This document shows, piece by piece, positions 10,501 through 18,212 of a stretch of 64,000 nucleotides of DNA. The first letter of the stretch is position 1; each line of letters opens with the position of its first letter. The stretch comes from Perkinsela sp. CCAP 1560/9. Its lineage: Eukaryota; Protista; Euglenozoa: Kinetoplastea. The notes below the pieces were generated by a model. It had not been told where the DNA came from, made no database searches, and worked only from the letters and a program-made list of their open reading frames with translations. The stretch is taken from NCBI GenBank assembly GCA_965644495.1, contig CBFFSA010000009.1, forward strand, positions 434,001-498,000, written 5' to 3'. A program made the position numbers and the translations under genes.

Positions 10501-11179
10501 ACTTGAACACATCTTTGTTGTAGAGACGGTAAGTTTGGTCCGGAAGAGCAAAATCGGTGGAGTGCTCGGGCAAGCCATAAAGGTGAGTGGCAGAGGGAAA
10601 GAAAACGGATCCCGTAATAAAATTCGTTTCGCAGTTTTCGCTTGCGCTCTCCTGATTTGCCCTGGGGGAGTTATAAATACCTGTAACGTTTGAGAGTGGG
10701 AAGGTCGCGCGCAGAACTAGGTGTGGGGAACTGTCTGTATGCGAATAAAAATGAATAGAAATGTTCTCTGCTAAACAACTAGTTCGATTCGCATTGTTTG
10801 CTTCAGTTGCTTTAAAAAACTCCAGGTAGAGTTTAACAGAGCTCTTGCCTGACACGCTATGTATCGTGTATTCATGAGGTCCGCATTGATTGACGCGTTC
10901 CTGTGCTATTGGCTCATGTCCAGATAGACTATGACTCGTTACCACATCGTGGTTGAAAAACTCAAAGGATCTCTTTTTATCCACTGACTTATGCCCAGGG
11001 TGATACCGAATCCGAAAGATATTGATAGGATATTCTTCGATACGGAGTATTCCACCCGCTGGAGCTGGAAGCACCACATCTAACGGCAACGCGTACTGCG
11101 GCACCCTATTAACGTGTGCATAGCACAGTAAAACTGAGAGAGCATAAAGTAACGACGTGTTAAAAAACATGAATGACAC
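7595..11179 (-). CDS. GANAB: Glucosidase II alpha subunit (GH31)
   Basis: 1194 aa with a signal-peptide-like N-terminus, GYHQSRWNY, WLDIEHT, catalytic WIDMNEPSVF, WTGDN and GADIPGF motifs. The start may be the ATG at 11170. Confidence 0.93.
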   Translation of the reverse strand: MSFMFFNTSLLYALSVLLCYAHVNRVPQYALPLDVVLPAPAGGILRIEEYPINIFRIRYHPGHKSVDKKRSFEFFNHDVVTSHSLSGHEPIAQERVNQCGPHEYTIHSVSGKSSVKLYLEFFKATEANNANRTSCLAENISIHFYSHTDSSPHLVLRATFPLSNVTGIYNSPRANQESASENCETNFITGSVFFPSATHLYGLPEHSTDFALPDQTYRLYNKDVFKYKLHDPGPLYGSIPFVMARQQENTPQDSTVHTSYSGFLWLHGGDTNVTVESLANEESGKVADCEAQETDACSQRRGFGKHTLWKSRGGILDFFMFPGQTPKEVFSQHASITGAPFLPPYFALGYHQSRWNYNDVEDVLQVDATFDEHNLPYDVLWLDIEHTDRKKYFTWDTHNFPEPEKMQHALAAKGRYMVAITDPHIKRDMDFFVHEEATRNNFYVKTAARRSSTHKEGALTVPPSEEDSTQRSVDESRLHADLVDYEGKCWPGSSSWIDYLNPKARSWYASLFSYEKYHGSTPTLHTWIDMNEPSVFDGPDGTLDGSALHLIPHGSLLDSLHRNDTPVENGFENADVPNMTKHYAGNTSSDPAPLHLVPHREVHNLYGFYHTMATYQGLLQRNLLRAPPSPSFSTPIQTSVSQNTLQNQRAQQSDSSVFSFFINQKTLPYSSSSNHWDGNLGEGPLAWESGRRNSNAHPPSYLPRPFLLTRSFFAGTQRFAAVWTGDNHASWSHLAQSLPMLLSLSVSNLPFVGADIPGFFGNPGPELATRWYQLGAFYPFCRAHGHIETKRREPWSWDTEAKTDKNQPTRTLAAIRQALKWRYFFLPYFYTTLYVECHAKGMPLMRPLFVEFPQEKDLADLQSLFMVGSALLVCPVLRANAGSVSCALPRGVERYEASDKGNNTRNRAVEDEIDRRENETVGFSQVRRPLVWYVYPSGVQYAGGGNVECAVGIQDIPLFLRAGSVLPVRYGVRRSTAASRRDPLTLLLTIDPDGEHVLKDEKSAGHGNKCLQWDTRDLQITLLAKGELYEDDGETFLYRDGNFVHRSFKLTREIRRHADGSSDTTVLRLSNRETAVKLKSRENFTTSHHTHTNRTLLQHPLHGAEFRKLVFEKIIILGAPVNVSRVEVVKATIPAEKLVMEEIQSEVPVIDAIQEHGTRNIQFRYDRNVSHVLTAEKVHVLVGEDWDMIFSLAE

Positions 11180-12092
11180 AAATAAAATATCACCGGGGTA
11201 ATATTTGATACATACGCATCACTTTGAATTACTATACTTATGCTTATAGTGTAGTATTTCTGTGCAGTATATGAGAAGGGTGTATATGAGAAGTGAGACA
11301 ATTTCTCACTGTAAGAAGTTATGTGCAAGCTGCTATTAGAGATATGGCAGACCCCAACTTCTCGTGCGAGGCACTTCAGAATTTCAGGAGAACTAAATGC
11401 AGAGGCCTTGATATGCTTGAGCTCCATACTCTCTACCCAAGACTTACACTGCGAAAGAGACGAAAAGGTTTCCCTATGAACGCGAAGAATGGGCACAGTG
11501 CGACTGTGCGGTGGCACTACCGCACTACTTATGATATTAAAGTTTAAAAAATTTGAGCAGACAATAATCATGCTCAAACAATGCGATTCTAAATTTTTTT
11601 GATGTACATTTCACGATAAAAATATATTTCTCTCGATCGTAAGTGTATTTCATCTAATAATAATAATAATTTTAAAACTGTTTAAATAGTACTGTTTAGA
11701 ACATTTGGGGAATACTCCGCAGCTCGACATTTTCAGCACAGAACGCCGGAATATCAAATTCTCAGAAAAAACCAGCTGAATTAAGTTTGCAGGGAGTTTG
11801 GACAGGTCCAGGTTTCCGCACAGTTGAGGGGCTGCGGGTCGTGGCACACGAGAGCGCGCGAGACCGCGCTGAGACCGCGCGAGACTGCGGTTTGCTTTTG
11901 GCTTGGAGAGACAAGAAAATGCTAGTTTTTGGATGGAGAGTAGAGCACAATTTGAATAAAAAAGAATTTTCACTTCGTATATACGATGTGTATGGAGTAC
12001 TCATATTGTAGGCCTTGATGTAGATAGAAGTAAGACTATTTTTGAACATCTTTAGTTTGCTATTTCGCTTTCCGTGTCTTTTTGTCTTGTCA

Positions 12093-12767
12093 ATGACTGG
12101 AATTGAGTGTAATGCTGACCTAAAAGCTCGAATTGCGAACCCCTCGGAGGTTGAAAGTGAAAAGGCGATTTATGAGGTTGTTTTAGCTTCAACCAAGAGA
12201 GTTTTCACGAAACGTGTTAACGTATTTACCCCTCCGAAGCTGATTATCACAGAAGAAGAGCTAGGAGCAAAAGTCGAAGAAATCCTGGAACGCATTCATC
12301 GCACCATGGATAGTTTCCTTCACGGGGGCCGTTCCGTTTGTGGCATAGACATTACGCCACAGATGCTGGAGCGCGCCATTCTTCACATCGTAGATCGCCG
12401 CGGGCATCTGCTTATGGACGTTCGGTCGCGCGCCGTTTACTTTGTTGAAGAAGCTGCCCAGGATCTCCAAAGCTTCCTGGAACTCAGCCCGATGTATGCA
12501 CCTCGACGGGATAACGAAATAGGAGACTTCGCGGATAGTTTGTGGCGCTCTGTATCCGGGAGGCGTTCTCGTGCCTGCGCGACCTACCGGGCTCGTCGCC
12601 GGCTCAAACGAGGGGCGGATGAAGCATCTCAGAATCCAGCATTTCAGACCCCAGAAGCTTGTCCCACGGCTGCAGATCAGGAGAAGAATGTCCCCACGCC
12701 GTCCTATTATACGGCGAAAGAAATAAGAACATCAGACCGTGTAGTCTCGTTCCCGCGGCTGAGCTAA
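12093..12767 (+). CDS. Orphan ORF inside the transposon (possible accessory protein)
   Basis: Open frame 12042-12767; first ATG at 12093 (MTGIECNADL..). No recognised motif. Basic patch RARRRLKR. Confidence 0.5.
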   Translation: MTGIECNADLKARIANPSEVESEKAIYEVVLASTKRVFTKRVNVFTPPKLIITEEELGAKVEEILERIHRTMDSFLHGGRSVCGIDITPQMLERAILHIVDRRGHLLMDVRSRAVYFVEEAAQDLQSFLELSPMYAPRRDNEIGDFADSLWRSVSGRRSRACATYRARRRLKRGADEASQNPAFQTPEACPTAADQEKNVPTPSYYTAKEIRTSDRVVSFPRLS

Positions 12768-12871
12768 AAGTTTTAGTTCCTTTTTAAAAAAGGACGCGTT
12801 GAGGAAACGTTGAAGGAGAAAGAGAAGATAATATTTTAAGTTCTGCTTATTATTCGTGATGGTTTCTATTA

Positions 12872-13192
12872 GTGCGCTCTCGTGTAGAGCGTTTCTTTGC
12901 CCATGTGGACAAGTTTCGTTTTTTCTGGGCAACAGATCATGATCTTTCCTGGATCAAAGATGCTGTTCAGATAGTATTTGTGTTGGCGTACGGACTGTTG
13001 GCTGGAGAGCCGCAGTACGAATTTGATACTGGGGTGAATACGTCTCTCCGAAAGATCGACCATTTGAATAAATGTTGGTGCAGTGAGGGATGCGAAGTTG
13101 TCGAGAAAACTGGTGTAAGTCGCGACCTGCTCAAGGAACACATAAATTATGTGCCCTACGAACCTAGGAAACCGCGGAAGCGAAAGAAGTAA
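12872..13192 (+). pseudogene. C-terminal remnant of an IS5/Harbinger/ISL2EU-like DDE transposase
   Basis: RSRVERFFAHVDKFRFF resembles the R..VER.I.R.K.FRIL catalytic-Glu motif. Ends in an NLS-like PRKPRKRKK. Confidence 0.5.
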
Positions 13193-13455
13193 ATTGGTTT
13201 AGTTTTATTGATCCTTTAATATCAGTCTTGGTCTGTGTTCAACCTCGCTCTATTTATTCCAATTGAAATCGCGTAGACGAAACTGCGATTGAAATTGCTT
13301 AGACGTATACTATAAACAAAAACTATTTGACAATCTCTAAAATATCATTATACCCTTTTACAAATATGAGACCGCTCGAGACCGCGCCGAGACCGTGCGA
13401 GACCGCGGTTAAAGTCACTCGCAGCCCCTCAGTTGATTACGGGCAAGGTTTATTA

Positions 13456-14491
13456 TTGCCCCCCCTTATTTAGTGTTGAGTGAAATTCTGAAAAATTCAA
13501 CACTAAATAGGGGGGGTAAGAAATCTCCTCCCCTCAAAAAAGCTCGCCGCTTCGCGGCCTATTGTTTTCAAAACCATGATTGTAGTATTTTTTCACTTGG
13601 TTGGGGATACGTCTTTATGAACGCTGTGGGGCATTCGTATAAAAGCCCTGTGGGGGGACATATTTCACAAACTGAATAAAAACCTGCCTTGATTCTTCTC
13701 TTGGATTGCTGCTCTGTACATACCACGCGCTCTGTACTTATCACGCGCAACGAAAACACTTTTTCATGGTTGCGAATTGTGTACATTCCAGCAAAGTGCA
13801 CATGAAGAGTTCAGGCTTGCGATGTGGGTCTCTTTAACCGTTTGAAGCCAAAACTATTAGACTACCTAATCATGACCTTACTGAAATGCTGTCAGAGTCA
13901 ATACACTGAGGGGAAGTGAATCGGTGACACTCGGTCGATCGGAGCAAAAATAAGCAGAGCACGGCTTCTTGACAGTATTATCGAAACGTACGCCCACCTT
14001 AATGATAATCGGCAGAGGCATTCCCAATGTTCAGGCGTGGAGTAAGGTCGGAATTTAGCCGGAAAGTCTAAATAATCCAGAAAACATCCTTGAAGCGATT
14101 CGCCGGGCGAGCGAACTGTTTACAGTGATACCGGTTCTTGATGCAGCAGAAGAAAATGAAGAGGACATATTTTCCCCTGGAAGTGCTGATCACCACTTTG
14201 TTTTGTAAAAGCCTTCGTAAATTTATTTACCACCAGTGGTTAATTTTTTAGATAAATATGTTGTTAGGAAGAGCGCTTCTCTTGACGCATTCATTTTTGC
14301 TATAAATTATATTTATAAAAATCAATGAGAGGGAGAGTAAACAATCACAAATAACAAGCAAAGATAAGGAAAAAAAAGTTATGGGAAAAAATTAAGCGCC
14401 GCTTCGCGGCGCCTATACGCACCGAACCCAAAATTCAACACTAAATAGGGGGGGTTGAGCACTCAATAGTAAATACAGTAGGGGGGGACAG
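13456..14491. mobile_element. Non-autonomous pogo-like element, copy 2 (inverted relative to 2800-3939)
   Basis: TA flanks, matching TIRs, extensive identity with 2800-3939. Confidence 0.85.
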
Positions 14492-15207
14492 TATTTGTAT
14501 TGATGCGTGAAGAGATGTAAGATCAATTTCCCCCGTAAATTGATTTCCATTCAACATAATCACTTCAACATAATCACTTTCAACTTACAGGGTAAGTGAG
14601 TCAAGTCCAATTCCCCGTTGAACGCATTGAGACTAATGATAAGCCTCCGAAGCAGAGGTGGTAATAGAGAAAGTGCCACTGGGCCTATCAAACGCTGCGA
14701 AGAGGCTTGAAATGAAATCAGCGTCTGGGGGATATGTTCCCACAAGAGTGACCCTTCTAAGGACAGATAGTCAGGGCGTGATGAATCGAGTATCCTATCG
14801 AATCGAATATTGTCGAATCGAATGTTCGTATTTCATTCTAAAGAAACTATTTGCCTATGGGAATCGCATTCGACGTGTTTCCAATTATTCGTTTGGATAT
14901 TTTTTCAATCTCTTGATTCACTTAGTTTTCTGCTTGAATAGCCCAAAGGAGTATGTTGCCCGCTGTCTCCCTACCTACTTTCCCCCTTGCCCTATACACT
15001 GTGTGCATAATACATTGAAGGAAGAATGTTAAAAACATCATCCTCGGACAGATCCATCCCAAATACCTTTTTTTTGTTGATTTTCACGCTCAAAAATGCA
15101 TAATTACTGATCTGGATGATGTATAAATTCTTGTTTACTAATAAATGAAGTACGCTTTGTTAATTTCTTACTTTAGAGGAATACCATCTAAGGAATTAGG
15201 CATAACT

Positions 15208-15957
15208 TCAGAGCTTAACATTTTCCGGAACGAATGCTGAACCATCAAAGTAATTCCCCGAAAGAACCAGCTGAATTAAGTTTGCAGGGAGTTTGGACAG
15301 GTCCACGTTTCCGCACAGCTTATTATAGGAAAGGTTCATTGTTTGTATTGATGCGGGAAGAGATGTAAGATCAATTTTCCCCGTAAATTGATTTCCATTC
15401 AACCAAATCACTTGAATTTTACAGGGTAAGTGAGTCAAGTCCAATTCCCCGTTGAATGCATTATAACTAATGATAAACGTCCGAAGCAGAGGAGGCAATA
15501 GAGAAAGTGCGACTGGACCCATGAAATACTGCGAAGCGCCATGAAATGAAACCAAAGTCTGCGGGATATGTTCCCACAAGAGTTGCCCTCCTAAGGACAA
15601 GTAGTCAGCGTCCGTTAGATCGGAAGTATGGTTTTCCCACTCCAAAGAAACCACCTGCCCATGGGAATCGCATTCGACGTGTTTCCAATCGCATGCCGGT
15701 ATTCGATCACTCCATGACGCATCCTTCTCCGTTAGATTACTAACAAATCGGGACAGCGTGTATTCCTGTGGTAAAATCGCTCCCCGTACTTTACTTAGTT
15801 GAGATACGCCATCACGAGATAGAACCTGGTGGCTGATCCCCCGAAATATCGCAATCATAAGCTGAATACTGAAGCAATAAAAGGAATATCTCAAATCTAA
15901 AGGTATATCGTAATTATAATAAAGGTGCAAACTATTGCGACATTGTTTCAATATCAT
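15208..15957 (-). CDS. Leucine-rich repeat protein
   Basis: LPQEYTLS..PACDWKHVECD cap plus LRR units. The real start is probably MIAIFRG at 15858. Paralog of 54134-54826. Confidence 0.85.
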   Translation of the reverse strand: MILKQCRNSLHLYYNYDIPLDLRYSFYCFSIQLMIAIFRGISHQVLSRDGVSQLSKVRGAILPQEYTLSRFVSNLTEKDASWSDRIPACDWKHVECDSHGQVVSLEWENHTSDLTDADYLSLGGQLLWEHIPQTLVSFHGASQYFMGPVALSLLPPLLRTFIISYNAFNGELDLTHLPCKIQVIWLNGNQFTGKIDLTSLPASIQTMNLSYNKLCGNVDLSKLPANLIQLVLSGNYFDGSAFVPENVKL

Positions 15958-16063
15958 TTCAGTTTCTGCATTCTTCCATTTACTAAAATGTTTCCAGTTC
16001 AGTAGTACGGACGATAATATTTGTTTGATCGTTACCGCACCAACCCTGCGCTTCTCCCTTACG

Positions 16064-17773
16064 CTATATCATATACGGAGAATATTGCATCGCTTTAACC
16101 CCCGGATGCGGTACGTGCGTAAAGCTCGTAAACGCGGGAATCCAGTACTCCGTTCCCTCTTCTTCCCCTTCCTCTGCCCCGGTCTTCTCCCCCCTCCTCT
16201 TCTCACTCCGCGTCATGCGAATAAACGCCCCTTTATTGCCCAGTTGGTCGCAATAATTCGGCGCGCTAAACACCGTCACACACTTCCCCCCGTGCTCCAC
16301 CACATACCCCTCCGGTTTCACCTCATGGGAACGAATCAACAAATCGAACCCGTTGTGTTTTAAAAAGCTATCGGTGACATCCGGGCCAAACGCCACCCCG
16401 ACGCCCCGTTTATTCGGCGCTCTCCCCTCCCCCTCCTGCGGGTCACTCCACAGCATCTCACACATCAACCCCTCCTCGGGGATATCCCGACAGCGGTTGA
16501 GTTGGTTCAACCCCTCCACCGTGACCCCATCCTGGGCGAACAACCCCCCGTGGGTGATAAACACTTTCGTGCCTAACACATGCCCCAGCGGGAGGGCGCG
16601 AAACACATCGTGGGCGAGTTCGTAGAACCCCTCCCCGTATTTCGCCTTCGCCTCCCCCTCGAACCCGTAGACCTTGTTGAGGTTGAGCCCCTCATGGTTG
16701 CCGCGGCTAAGGAACACCGCGGCCGGGTCGTGGAGCTTCACCGCGCACAGCGTGAGCAGACACTCCACGCCGTAGCTCCCGCGATCCACCAGGTCCCCGT
16801 TAAACAGGTAGGGGTTGGAGACCCCCTCGGGGAACCCGTTGAGGGTAAAAAGGTTGGCTAAATCAAAGTACTGCCCGTGGATGTCCCCGCAGACCGTAAT
16901 GTGTTCCCCTACGGGTCGATCCACCCGGTGAATGTTTTCACAGGCCGCGAAAAGTTTCCGGGCCTCGAGTAAAATCCGGATCGCGTACCTTTTGTGGAGC
17001 AACCGGCCCAGGGAGAAGCCCTCCATCATTTGGTGGAGGAACGTTTTCGAGGGGATGGGTTCGTCCTGCTCCCATCGGGGACCGGTGTAGTCCGTGGTCC
17101 CTTCCCCGATTTCAATCCCCTGCCACTGCACCACCTCATAGGGGCGGGCACGCTCGGGGAGCGCAATCGCTTTAAGGAAGTTGGCCCGGGCCAGTTCCTT
17201 TTCGCAGAGGTCATACATCTGCGAGGCTTCTTTATTCCTATTCATATTCTTATTCTTATTCATCTTATTCTTATTAATGTTATCCTTATTCTTATTATCC
17301 TTATTCTTATTTTCTTCTTGCGTTTCTATACGAACCGCCGCGGCAAATGCCGGCAGCGCGCTCTTGTAATGCCCCAGCAGGTAATGGGCGTAGCCTTTTC
17401 GGTAGTGCGCTTTGGCCGAAGTGTAATCTAAGGCCAGCGCGGCCTCCGCATCGGAGAGCGCGGCCCCGGGACACTCCAGCTTTAAGTGCATGAGGGCGCG
17501 GTTGAGATAGGCGCTTAGGTGGGTGGGATCGAGTTGGATCGCGTGGGAGTAGTGCGTGAGGGCTTCGGGGTAGTGCCCGGAGTGGTAGCATTGGTTGCCG
17601 AGGGCCTTGGCGGTGTGGGCGGCCTCGGAAGCAGCAGCAGAAGAAGAAGAAGAAGAGGGTGGGGGAGAGGGGGGAAGATCCATTTTTGGAGGGTTGGGGA
17701 GTGGATGAGTTGAAATTTCGGTTTGGGGTGGGGTAGAGGGGGGGTTGAGCTCTTGGGGCGTTGGGTTTGGCAT
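16064..17773 (-). CDS. PPP5C: Serine/threonine protein phosphatase 5 (TPR + PPP catalytic domain)
   Basis: Three TPRs, then GDIHGQ, GDLVDRG, RGNHE, SAPNYC, and the C-terminal VPHP..AM.Y. Confidence 0.95.
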   Translation of the reverse strand: MPNPTPQELNPPSTPPQTEISTHPLPNPPKMDLPPSPPPSSSSSSAAASEAAHTAKALGNQCYHSGHYPEALTHYSHAIQLDPTHLSAYLNRALMHLKLECPGAALSDAEAALALDYTSAKAHYRKGYAHYLLGHYKSALPAFAAAVRIETQEENKNKDNKNKDNINKNKMNKNKNMNRNKEASQMYDLCEKELARANFLKAIALPERARPYEVVQWQGIEIGEGTTDYTGPRWEQDEPIPSKTFLHQMMEGFSLGRLLHKRYAIRILLEARKLFAACENIHRVDRPVGEHITVCGDIHGQYFDLANLFTLNGFPEGVSNPYLFNGDLVDRGSYGVECLLTLCAVKLHDPAAVFLSRGNHEGLNLNKVYGFEGEAKAKYGEGFYELAHDVFRALPLGHVLGTKVFITHGGLFAQDGVTVEGLNQLNRCRDIPEEGLMCEMLWSDPQEGEGRAPNKRGVGVAFGPDVTDSFLKHNGFDLLIRSHEVKPEGYVVEHGGKCVTVFSAPNYCDQLGNKGAFIRMTRSEKRRGEKTGAEEGEEEGTEYWIPAFTSFTHVPHPGVKAMQYSPYMI

Positions 17774-18212
17774 GGTGGGGTGGAGAGGGGAGTAATTTGT
17801 AGGGATGGGGTAAAAAGAGGTATAGGAAGGATAGGTAAGCAGGGGATAATCGTGTGTTTACGTTTCTATGAAAAATGGTTTGTCTAGATCAAGCGGATCT
17901 CACTAGTAGTGTAGATCCTAAGCACGGGGTTACATTTTGTATGCGGTTTTCTTGTTAACTCGAAATCTAGCAAACCGAAAAATTGTTCCATAATATCCGA
18001 GGCATGTGATCGACTTCTGTGATAAAAATAATATGGTTCATGTGGTAGATTTGAGAGAATGTAAACAATAAGTCCCATCAATCATTAGAATTCACTTCTT
18101 ACGTAAATTATCTCACGTGATTTGGAGTTGATCAATGTTCTATATTGTACGCCCACTGAAAAACAGCAATGAAATATGAGTACGCAAATCAAAGTTGGTC
18201 ATTCTCTCTTGA

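Larger units (their letters stand above)
11826..13430 (+). mobile_element. Unclassified TIR DNA transposon (GAGGGGCTGCG termini, AGTT duplication) carrying two ORFs
   Basis: 11-bp TIR with agtt on both sides. Subterminal 10-11 bp repeats gagaccgcgc at both ends. The empty site is confirmed by the intact LRR paralog. Confidence 0.85.
11765..14885 (-). pseudogene. LRR pseudogene, paralog of 15208-15957, split by two transposon insertions
   Basis: Pieces 11765-11825, 13431-13455 and 14492-14885 rejoin colinearly with 15262-15690 once elements 11826-13430 and 13456-14491 are removed. Confidence 0.85.
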
